Origin: a virus | Lineage: Duplodnaviria > Caudoviricetes | IMG/VR virus record: IMGVR_UViG_3300032116_001160 | Span: 1-26,188 of that record | Reading direction: 5' to 3' (one strand) | DNA: 26,188 nucleotides | Shown: piece by piece, positions 1 to 7,832 of the stretch | Numbering within the stretch: position 1 is the first letter of the stretch | Layout of the letters: every line of letters starts with the position of its first letter | Position numbers and translations under genes: made by a program | Notes under the pieces: model-generated | Database searches by the model: none | What the model saw: only the letters and a program-made list of their open reading frames with translations | Told to the model about the DNA's origin: nothing

Positions 1-137
1 TGGATAATAAAATAATTACCGATTTATACGGAGTAGAGCACATCATCATAGACCGAGGTAATGGCGAATTTACCTCTATGCCTAAAGCGGTATGGGATGA
101 ACAGCAAGCAAAACAAACTGAAGGGGGCCTAATCTAA
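1..137 (+). CDS. Small cassette-partner protein (5' end cut by window edge), paralogue of 1299..1448
   Basis: Read by hand: (M)DNKIITDLYGVEHIIIDRGNGEFTSMPKAVWDEQQAKQTEGGLI*; TAA at 135-137 overlaps the next ATG; shares VEHxIIDRGNGE(F/Y)TSM with 1299..1448. Confidence 0.85.
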   Translation, partial: DNKIITDLYGVEHIIIDRGNGEFTSMPKAVWDEQQAKQTEGGLI

Positions 138-1297
138 TGGCAACAGGACGCGTACCTACAACGGCGAACTCGCCGCTTACCGCAAAGGGTGATCTATTCA
201 CCTATAGCACTACACAGGCTCGCCTCGCAGTAGGCAACAACGGCGACACACTTCTGGCAGATAGTTCCGCCACAACGGGACTTCGTTGGCAAGGCAATTT
301 CGCCGCTGGGAAGAATAAGATTATTAACGGTGATTTCAACATTAACCAAAGAGGATTTACTTCTACAACTTCCACATTTGGTTACAATTTTGATAGATGG
401 ACATTTGCTAGAACGGGCGGTAGTTTAACTCTTTCGGCTGAAACTTTCACTCCTGGAACTGCACCTGTTGCTGGTTACGAAAGCAAGAATTTTGTGCGTT
501 GTGCTATTAGCGGACAGTCGGCAGCGGCTGATAGATTTATTTATTCACAAGCAATTGAATCAGTCCGAACATTTGCTAATCAGACAATCACAGTATCATT
601 CTGGGCAAAAGCATCAAGCGGAACTCCGTCCGTTGCTGTCAGCGTAGTTCAAACTTTTGGAAGCGGCGGTTCACCTTCTGGAGACGTTCAAACTGCTGGT
701 GGCAAAATAGCAATTACTACATCTTGGGCTAGATATTCTGTAACTTTTGCGGTTCCCTCAATCTCTGGCAAAACAATCGGAACAGCAAACGACGATGCTC
801 TTAATGTTAGATTGTGGACTTCTGCAGGAACAGATTTCAACGCCCCCACGAACTCATTAGGTATTCAAAATGCAACTATTGATTTTTGGGGCGTTCAGGT
901 TGAAGCAGGCTCAGTAGCAACCGCCTTCCAAACTGCGACAGGCACACTCCAAGGCGAGTTAGCCGCTTGCCAGAGGTATTACTGGCGAGCAGGTGGAGAT
1001 AGCGGTTATCAACCATTTGGCTTGGGCAGAGCAACGGCAACAACTACCGCAACAATGTTAATTAATAATCCTGTGCCAATGAGAACCAAACCATCATCGG
1101 TTGATTTTGCTAATCTTGGGCTTGGTGATTTTGTTTCAGTTTCCTCAAGTTTAAGCGGATTGACGCTGGATTATGCTGGAACAACGACTAGCACAGTAAA
1201 CGTTACAGGTGCTTCAGGATTGACAAGTGGAAATTTAATGGTCATTAGAGCAAACAATTCTACGTCTGCTTACATCGGAATGAGTGCGGAGTTATAA
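137..1297 (+). CDS. Tail-fibre/adhesin-like virion protein with putative carbohydrate-binding (jelly-roll) domain
   Basis: N-terminal AKGDL...RLAVG...ADSS motif; KNKIINGDF, SFWAK, WARYSVTF, GVQVEAGSVATAF and ELAACQRYY motifs typical of phage fibre CBM-like modules; S/T/G/A-rich. Confidence 0.7.
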   Translation: MATGRVPTTANSPLTAKGDLFTYSTTQARLAVGNNGDTLLADSSATTGLRWQGNFAAGKNKIINGDFNINQRGFTSTTSTFGYNFDRWTFARTGGSLTLSAETFTPGTAPVAGYESKNFVRCAISGQSAAADRFIYSQAIESVRTFANQTITVSFWAKASSGTPSVAVSVVQTFGSGGSPSGDVQTAGGKIAITTSWARYSVTFAVPSISGKTIGTANDDALNVRLWTSAGTDFNAPTNSLGIQNATIDFWGVQVEAGSVATAFQTATGTLQGELAACQRYYWRAGGDSGYQPFGLGRATATTTATMLINNPVPMRTKPSSVDFANLGLGDFVSVSSSLSGLTLDYAGTTTSTVNVTGASGLTSGNLMVIRANNSTSAYIGMSAEL

Positions 1298-1298
1298 A

Positions 1299-1448
1299 AT
1301 GAACTATGAAATCATTGAAGTGGAATTAACTGACGGCACAAAAGTAGAACACGTCATTATTGACCGAGGCAACGGCGAATATACCTCAATGCTGAAAAGC
1401 ACTTGGGATGAACTAGAAGCCGCCAAAGAAAACGGCACAATCTCGTAG
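1299..1448 (+). CDS. Small cassette-partner protein (49 aa), possible fibre chaperone
   Basis: Read by hand: MNYEIIEVELTDGTKVEHVIIDRGNGEYTSMLKSTWDELEAAKENGTIS*; directly follows the fibre-like gene; paralogue of 1..137. Confidence 0.85.
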   Translation: MNYEIIEVELTDGTKVEHVIIDRGNGEYTSMLKSTWDELEAAKENGTIS

Positions 1449-1453
1449 AATTC

Positions 1454-1469
1454 TGATAATCTAACGGAA
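1454..1469 (+). promoter_or_regulatory. Extended -10 promoter for a leaderless recombinase mRNA
   Basis: TG-A-TAATCT (1454-1462) matches TGnTAnnnT; spacing places +1 on the A of ATG 1469; no clear SD upstream. Confidence 0.55.
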
Positions 1470-2257
1470 TGGAAGAAATACCGTTAGAAGTAATCCGTGA
1501 GAAATTAGAGTCACGGTACAAAACACAAGGCTATTCAATGGCCTTATTTCGCAACGACTGGAATATGTTGATGCGCTTGGGGGTACATCCCCAGAATGCC
1601 ACCGTGGATGATTTCCAGCGCCTATTGCTTGGAGTCAATGCAAGTTCGACCAAAGGCACCTACGCAGCCCGCCTACGCTCCACATTCAAGGCAATGCGCA
1701 AGATGGGCCTGATTGATAACAACTCAATTGAAGATTTACCCAATGTGCGCAAACCGCGTGGCCTGCCACATCCGATAACTCCAAACGAAGCCAAGATGCT
1801 GATGACAGAAGCCAGGCAGCCAATGCGCGATTGGTTCATTTTGGGATGTATGGCTGGCCTTCGTGCAATGGAAGTTGCCAACCTTCGTGGGGTTGATTTA
1901 GAGCAGGCTGAAGATGGCTACGTTCTACGCATTGCAGGCAAAGGCGGCACTGACCTATCAGTGCCAGTTGCAAAGACTGTGGCTGAAACAATCCTTGCCC
2001 ACAATACAAATGGCAGATTGTGGACAGTATCGCCAAACCGCCTGACAAAGAAAACATCAGCGGAAATGAAAAGACTTGGCATACCCAAGAAAACCTTTCA
2101 CGCTTGCAGACATTATTTTGCCACTACGATGCTTGAAAAATCAGGTGGTGATTTACTAGCAGTCAGAGATTTGATGCGTCATTCAAGTGTTGCAACCACA
2201 CAGGTGTACACACAACTTTCAACAGGACGCACAAGGTCTTTGGTCAATCTAATCTAA
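1469..2257 (+). CDS. Tyrosine recombinase (compact XerC/D-like, no arm-binding domain)
   Basis: Catalytic motifs GLRAME (R), GKGG (K), HACRH (HxxR), MRHSS (H), TQVYT (Y); 262 aa. Confidence 0.93.
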   Translation: MEEIPLEVIREKLESRYKTQGYSMALFRNDWNMLMRLGVHPQNATVDDFQRLLLGVNASSTKGTYAARLRSTFKAMRKMGLIDNNSIEDLPNVRKPRGLPHPITPNEAKMLMTEARQPMRDWFILGCMAGLRAMEVANLRGVDLEQAEDGYVLRIAGKGGTDLSVPVAKTVAETILAHNTNGRLWTVSPNRLTKKTSAEMKRLGIPKKTFHACRHYFATTMLEKSGGDLLAVRDLMRHSSVATTQVYTQLSTGRTRSLVNLI

Positions 2258-2271
2258 ACATCGGGGGATGT

Positions 2272-3351
2272 ATGAGATTTCACGTAGTAAGCCTGCCACA
2301 CACGCAGGTAACAAAAGAATTTAGCGGTTGTGCTTTCACAGAGAAGGTGCGCCGCTTTTGCATAATGATGACCAGCCTTGGTCACGAAGTTTATTTGTAC
2401 GCTGGCGAAAAGGTTGATGCGCCAGTTACAAAACTCATTACCTGTATCTCAGAAGAGCGACGGGCGCAGGCAGTTGGCAACGGCCACTACACATCGGCAA
2501 GTTTTGATACCAATGCTCTGCACTGGAGAATCTTCAACACCAATGTGATTAGGCTGATGCAAAGCCATATCCAGCCGCAAGATTTTATCTGTCTCATTGG
2601 CGGATATGCCCATAAAGAGATTGCTGATAAATACCCCAATCACATCAGCGTTGAATTTGGCGTTGGTTATGGCGGTGTCTTTAGCAAGTTTCGCGTTTTT
2701 GAATCATACGCCTGGATGCATAGCATCTATGCAGGACACAAAAACCCAACAGCAGTTGATGGTCAATTCTTTGACACTGTGATTCCTGGGTACCTAGAGC
2801 CAGAGATGTTTCCACTTGGCAAAGGTGATGGCGACTATTACCTGTTCATTGGTCGCTTGATTGAACGCAAAGGTTTTCGCATTGCTCAAGAAGTATGCGA
2901 AAGATTGGGCAAAAGACTTATCCTTGCAGGACCTGGTGAACAATCAGGATATGGAGAGTTTGTTGGCTCAGTGGGGCCAGAGCATCGGGCAGAACTAATG
3001 GGCGGTGCAATCGCAACCTTTGCTCCAACTCTCTACATTGAGCCATTTGGAAACGTGGTGATTGAAGCCCAAGCCTGTGGTACTCCAACAATCACAACCG
3101 ATTGGGGAGCATTTACTGAAAACAATATCAACGGTCTAACAGGCTACCGTTGCAGAACGCTGCAAGAGTTTATGGATGCAGCCGAAAAGGTCAAAGAACT
3201 AGACCGAAAGAAAATCAGAGAACATTCTGTTGGCAGATACAACTTAGATGTTATCGCCAAAGAGTACGAAGATTACTTCCTCAGACTGTCAACCCTCTGG
3301 GATGACGGTTGGTATCACTTAGCAGAAAAGGCAGGCAATGAGTCTATCTAA
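2272..3351 (+). CDS. Glycosyltransferase, GT-B fold (GT4-like)
   Basis: LFIGRLIERKG, EPFGNVVIEAQACGTPTI (ExFG...E motif), GLTGY; N-terminal GHEVYLY. Confidence 0.92.
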   Translation: MRFHVVSLPHTQVTKEFSGCAFTEKVRRFCIMMTSLGHEVYLYAGEKVDAPVTKLITCISEERRAQAVGNGHYTSASFDTNALHWRIFNTNVIRLMQSHIQPQDFICLIGGYAHKEIADKYPNHISVEFGVGYGGVFSKFRVFESYAWMHSIYAGHKNPTAVDGQFFDTVIPGYLEPEMFPLGKGDGDYYLFIGRLIERKGFRIAQEVCERLGKRLILAGPGEQSGYGEFVGSVGPEHRAELMGGAIATFAPTLYIEPFGNVVIEAQACGTPTITTDWGAFTENNINGLTGYRCRTLQEFMDAAEKVKELDRKKIREHSVGRYNLDVIAKEYEDYFLRLSTLWDDGWYHLAEKAGNESI

Positions 3352-4726
3352 AAGACTTCGCGCAGCAGGTGAAAAGCGTGCGCAGAATCAGTTCGTTGAA
3401 CCATTGATTCCAGGCAGACCAGCGTATGCATCGCCTGCAGGAGTTGACGTCAACTCTGAAACAGCAGTTCGTATGTCAACGGTGTATGCCTGCGTTCGAC
3501 TCTTGGGCGACACGATTTCCTCACTTCCATTAGGTGCATATGTGCGCCGTGGTCGCAACCGTATTTCCTACGCTGCTGTTTATGGCGAGACACCAAACTG
3601 GGTCAATAATCCAAACCCAAGCACCACACGTCTTGAGTTCTACGAACAAATCATTGCTTCTTTGAACTTAGAAGGAAACGCTTTCATCCTCAAAGTTATG
3701 GATGAAATGGGCGAAGTTCTTGAACTCTATGTTCTCAATCCTCGCGATGTTCGTGTTGAACGTCCGATTGCTGGAGAACCTATTCGTTATTTTGTCCGTG
3801 ATAATTATGGAAACTTCTCATTTGAACTTAGCGCAAATGAAATTGTTCACATCCCACTATTTAGACTTCCTGGCCAATTACTTGGTCTAGGTCCAATCGG
3901 CGCAGCCAGAGTAACTCTTGGTTCTGCAATGGCCGCTGAAGTTTATGCTGCTTCATATTTTGGAAATGCTGCCAACCCTGGTGGCATTATCGAAACGCCA
4001 AGTGAGATGACGCAAGAGCAAGTTGATGACTTGGCTCGCGATTGGAATATCACTCACACTGGCCCATATAGAGCGGGCAAAATCGGTGTGCTAACAGGTG
4101 GAGCGTCTTTCAAGCCGCTTACCTTGAACGCTGCCGATGCCCAATTGCTTGAAGTACGACGCTTTGGGGTTGAGGAAATAGCCCGCCTATTCCGCGTTCC
4201 TATTTCGCTTTTGGGTCATCCTGTTGCTGGTGCAATGTCATTTGCATCAGTTGAAGCACAGAACTTATCGTTCGTGCAACACTCATTGCGTCCATTGTTG
4301 GAGCGCATTGAACAGGCTCTCTCTCCGCTACTTCCAGAATCAGATGGTTTTATCAAGTTCAATCTTGATGCGCTACTTCGTGGCACAACTCTTGAGCGCT
4401 ATGACGCTTACACAAAAGGACTTCGTGAAGGATTCCTCTCACTCAACGATGTTCGTGCTGTAGAAGATTTAGCACCGCTTGGCGAAGCAGGCGACCAATA
4501 CCGTGTTCCATTGCAGAATATTGATGCTGCAGATGCACCTGAAGTTGGTATGAAGTTGCGTGCTGAAATCATTGCTCAACTTGTTCAAGTTGGCTTTGAC
4601 CCAGCAGCAGTTCTCAAGGCTTTGGAGATGCCAAATATCAAGCACACTGGAGTTCCATCAACACAATTGCAGGCAGTCTCAACAATTGACCCTGCAAATC
4701 CTGAATCTGTATATGAGGTCAAATAA
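3338..4726 (+). CDS. Phage portal protein, HK97 family
   Basis: VYACVRLLGDTISSLPL, GNAFI, EIVHI, EEIARLFRVP, L(RP)LLERIEQAL, IKFNLDALLRG, NDVRAVEDL. Confidence 0.96.
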   Translation: MSLSKRLRAAGEKRAQNQFVEPLIPGRPAYASPAGVDVNSETAVRMSTVYACVRLLGDTISSLPLGAYVRRGRNRISYAAVYGETPNWVNNPNPSTTRLEFYEQIIASLNLEGNAFILKVMDEMGEVLELYVLNPRDVRVERPIAGEPIRYFVRDNYGNFSFELSANEIVHIPLFRLPGQLLGLGPIGAARVTLGSAMAAEVYAASYFGNAANPGGIIETPSEMTQEQVDDLARDWNITHTGPYRAGKIGVLTGGASFKPLTLNAADAQLLEVRRFGVEEIARLFRVPISLLGHPVAGAMSFASVEAQNLSFVQHSLRPLLERIEQALSPLLPESDGFIKFNLDALLRGTTLERYDAYTKGLREGFLSLNDVRAVEDLAPLGEAGDQYRVPLQNIDAADAPEVGMKLRAEIIAQLVQVGFDPAAVLKALEMPNIKHTGVPSTQLQAVSTIDPANPESVYEVK

Positions 4727-6282
4727 TGCCTTACTACATCTCAGATTCTCAAGGTGATTGCGATGGGTGGGCAGCAGTAAAAGAAGAATCAGATGGTTCG
4801 TACACAACCATTGGATGTCACGCAAATAAACAAGATGCGATTGACCAGATGGTTGCAGTTTCAATTTCTGAAGATATGGAACCAGGTGGAGAAATAAGAG
4901 CAGTTGATTTATCTGCTCCTTCCTTTGTTCGTGAAAACGCTGCACGTGGTTTGAAATATCTTGAAGAAGGTTTTGGGGGAGATGGCTTAACTGATGCCAC
5001 CAAGCGTGAAGCACGCGATATGGCAGCAGGAAGAATCTCAGAAAACAAGGTGCGCAAAATGGCACCGTGGTTTGCCCGCCATAAGGTTGACGGACAGGCA
5101 CCAAAAAACAGTGACCCTTCGCACGCTGAATATCCAGGAGCAGGCTTAGTTGCTTGGCTTCTCTGGGGCGGCGATTCCAACTTCAGTGACAGAGCGCAAA
5201 ACTGGGCGCAACGCAAGATTGACGCGCTGGATGCTGAAGCCGATTCAAGGAGCAAAATGAAGAAAATAGAACGCCGCACATATGTGGTGCAGGATGTGGA
5301 AGCACGCCAAGCAGAAGATGGCGTGATGCGTTTGTCAGGATACGCTGCAGTGTTCAACGATGCCAGCGTGCCACTACCATTCAAAGAGAGAATTGCACCT
5401 GGTGCTTTCCGTAAGACACTTACCGAAATGCCTGATGTCAGACTTCTTATCAATCACGAAGGATTGCCATTGGCTCGCACCAAGAATGGCACATTGTCAC
5501 TTACTGAAGATGAGCGTGGCCTTCGCTTTGATGCAGAACTTGCAGATACACAAGAAGCCCGCGACATCTATACCCTTGTTCAACGCGGCGATGTTGACCA
5601 AATGAGTTTTGCTTTCCGCGTCATCCGTCAGAACTGGAGCAAGGATAAGACAGAGCGCACACTGACTGAAGTTTCATTGGCAGATGGCGATGTCTCAGTT
5701 GTCACCTATCCTGCCTACCCAACGACATCAGTTGAAGCCCGCGAACATATCAAGAAGGCTTTGCAGGCAATCAAAGAAGGCCGCGAAGTAACTGGTGAAT
5801 CTTTGATAGTAGTTCAAGCAATTTTAGACAAGATTGATGAATCTTATGAATACCTTGGCGAAGGCAAATCAATGCTTGAAATGCTTCTTGGTGTACAACC
5901 TGAAGAACCATCAGATGTTGAACAACCAGAAGATGTAGAAGATGTTTTAGAAGAAGATTCACGTGCCGTTGATGTCGTCGGTGATTTTGTAGAATGGGAT
6001 TCATCAGGCGGAACCGCACGTGGCCGCATCGAACACGTAATGAGAGAAGGAGTTCTTGGAATTCCAGACTCTGACTTCTCCATCACCGCTGAAGAAGATG
6101 ACCCAGCAATTCTCATTCGCGTCTATCGCGAAGTTCGTGATGGTTGGGAAGCAACAGAAGTTCTTGTTGGACACAAAGCATCAGAACTTCGTGCAATTGA
6201 TGCGCTACCAGCACCAAGCGAAGAACAAAACAGAACAATCTCACTTCGTTTGGCGAAAGCAATTATCAACGCAAATAAATAG
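4726..6282 (+). CDS. Prohead (capsid maturation) protease, HK97 family, with extra N- and C-terminal domains
   Basis: Central GYAAVFN, ERIAPGAF, LLINH, LARTKNGTLSL.EDERGL, QMSFAF, DVSVVTYPAY; located between portal and capsid. Confidence 0.93.
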   Translation: MPYYISDSQGDCDGWAAVKEESDGSYTTIGCHANKQDAIDQMVAVSISEDMEPGGEIRAVDLSAPSFVRENAARGLKYLEEGFGGDGLTDATKREARDMAAGRISENKVRKMAPWFARHKVDGQAPKNSDPSHAEYPGAGLVAWLLWGGDSNFSDRAQNWAQRKIDALDAEADSRSKMKKIERRTYVVQDVEARQAEDGVMRLSGYAAVFNDASVPLPFKERIAPGAFRKTLTEMPDVRLLINHEGLPLARTKNGTLSLTEDERGLRFDAELADTQEARDIYTLVQRGDVDQMSFAFRVIRQNWSKDKTERTLTEVSLADGDVSVVTYPAYPTTSVEAREHIKKALQAIKEGREVTGESLIVVQAILDKIDESYEYLGEGKSMLEMLLGVQPEEPSDVEQPEDVEDVLEEDSRAVDVVGDFVEWDSSGGTARGRIEHVMREGVLGIPDSDFSITAEEDDPAILIRVYREVRDGWEATEVLVGHKASELRAIDALPAPSEEQNRTISLRLAKAIINANK

Positions 6283-6285
6283 ATT

Positions 6286-6370
6286 TCTGTTCAAACGAAC
6301 AGATACGAAGTCGGAGCGAGACTCACACCCTCAATGAGCGCCGTGAAATATCTACGCCACCACCTCGGAC
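6286..6370 (+). promoter_or_regulatory. Putative structured RNA leader of the major capsid gene
   Basis: Hairpin TCTGTTC-AAAC-GAACAGA (6286-6303), then closing stem GTCgGAG/CTCgGAC (6310-16/6364-70) enclosing CTCA/TGAG and CGTG/TACG hairpins. Confidence 0.4.
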
Positions 6371-6401
6371 CCTTACAAACACTCACAAGGAGAACTCAAT
6401 A

Positions 6402-7742
6402 ATGTCTTACCTAGACAAAGTTGTTGAGCGCCGTGATGCAGTGAAGGCTGAAATGGATGCAGTTCTTGATGCAGTTGCTGCAGAGAACCGCACAGACCTC
6501 ACAGCAGAGGAAACCGTCAAGGTTGATGCTCTCGTAGAAGAATCACGTTCACTCGACGCAAAGATTGAGAAGTTGACTGCACAGGCAGCAGCAGATGCAA
6601 AGGCAGCAGAAGCACGTTCTGTTGTTGCAGATGCTCTTCCAAAGGCTTCAACTTCAATCGTGCGTGAAGAGCGCACATATCGCGCAGACAATGGAACTTC
6701 CTTTGTTCGCGATGCGTTCAATGCACAAGTACGCGGAGACTATTCCGCACAAGAGCGTCTTGCTCGCCACATGAAGGAAGAATCAGTTGAGCGTCGCGAT
6801 GTAGATACATCCAACTTCGCTGGACTTGTTGTTCCACAATATCTCGTTGACCTTGCTGCGCCATTGGCACGTGCAGGTCGTCCAACAGCAGATTTCGCAA
6901 CCAATAAGATGGTTCTTCCTGCTGCTGGTATGTCACTTGAAATCAGCCGTATGACGACTGGTACTTCAACAGCAATCCAGGAAACACAGAACACTGCTGT
7001 TTCTGAAACAGATGCTGATGACACACTTCTCAGCGTTCCAGTACGCACAATCGCTGGACAGCAAGACCTATCCCGCCAAGCAATTGAGCGTGGAACAGGC
7101 ATTGATACATTCGTTATCGCTGACCTTATCCGCTCCTGGCACACAACACTTGATTCACAGGTTCTCAATGGAACAGGCTCAAATGGCCAGTTCAAGGGAA
7201 TCCGCGCATCAGGTGGAAACGCAATCACCTTCACTGCAACTACACCAACTGTTGCATTGCTATATCCAAAGTTGGCAGATGCTCTACAGCAAGTTCAGAG
7301 CAATGTTTTCACAACACCAACTCACTGGATTATGCACCCACGCCGTCTAGCATTCTTGCTCGCTGCAACTGATACTGCAGGACGCCCAGTAGTTGTTCCA
7401 ACTGCAGGTGGCCCACAGAACGCAGTTTCAACTGGCGCAGGTGTTGCACAGTACGCAAACAGTGGTTATCAACTACTTGGACTCCCAATCATCACAGATG
7501 CAAACGTAGCAACAAACTACGGCGCAGCAACCAACCAAGATGAAATCTATCTTGTTGATGCCCGCGAAATGCATCTCTGGGAGCAACCAGGTTCACCATT
7601 CTCACTCCGTTTTGATGCAACTGCCCCTGGCAGCCTAACCATCAAGACTGTTGTTTATGGCTTTGGTGCTTTCACAGCAGAGCGCTATCCAAAGGCCGCT
7701 TCAATCATCAGCGGTACTGGTCTAGTTGCACCATCGTTCTAG
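6402..7742 (+). CDS. Major capsid protein, HK97 fold with N-terminal coiled-coil delta domain
   Basis: Coiled-coil N-terminus, GLVVPQYL, TIAGQQDLSRQ, QVLNGTG, WIMHPR, LLGLPII; AAGGAG SD; follows the protease. Confidence 0.95.
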   Translation: MSYLDKVVERRDAVKAEMDAVLDAVAAENRTDLTAEETVKVDALVEESRSLDAKIEKLTAQAAADAKAAEARSVVADALPKASTSIVREERTYRADNGTSFVRDAFNAQVRGDYSAQERLARHMKEESVERRDVDTSNFAGLVVPQYLVDLAAPLARAGRPTADFATNKMVLPAAGMSLEISRMTTGTSTAIQETQNTAVSETDADDTLLSVPVRTIAGQQDLSRQAIERGTGIDTFVIADLIRSWHTTLDSQVLNGTGSNGQFKGIRASGGNAITFTATTPTVALLYPKLADALQQVQSNVFTTPTHWIMHPRRLAFLLAATDTAGRPVVVPTAGGPQNAVSTGAGVAQYANSGYQLLGLPIITDANVATNYGAATNQDEIYLVDAREMHLWEQPGSPFSLRFDATAPGSLTIKTVVYGFGAFTAERYPKAASIISGTGLVAPSF

Positions 7743-7765
7743 TTAGAACGAACAACTAAATAGTT

Positions 7766-7831
7766 GTGTAGGGGCGGGCAGGAATCCCCCGACTTGCCCG
7801 CTCCTACACTTCCTAACGAATCGGGGGATTC
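7766..7831 (+). promoter_or_regulatory. 17-bp hairpin after the capsid gene whose loop can pair with the downstream RBS (pseudoknot/attenuator)
   Basis: Stem 7766-82/7793-7809 (two G-U); loop AATCCCCCGA (7783-92) is the exact reverse complement of TCGGGGGATT (7821-30), just upstream of GTG 7833. Confidence 0.7.
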
Positions 7832-7832
7832 A

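Noticed and set aside
137-1297. Diversity-generating retroelement acting on the adhesin
   Set aside because: No reverse transcriptase and no TR/VR pair with adenine-specific differences in the window
1469-2257. Calling the recombinase a lysogeny integrase or xerC/xerD
   Set aside because: No arm-binding domain, no adjacent non-coding attP-sized region, no repressor and no dif-like site seen; an integration role cannot be excluded but is unsupported
130-2257. TAATCTAA at 130, 1457 and 2250 as recombination sites
   Set aside because: Short, AT-rich and explained by Leu-Ile-stop codons or a -10 box; no dyad symmetry typical of tyrosine recombinase cores
7764-7832. N-terminal extension of the GT2 ORF from TTG 7764
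   Set aside because: Runs through the hairpin with no SD; GTG 7833 has an SD
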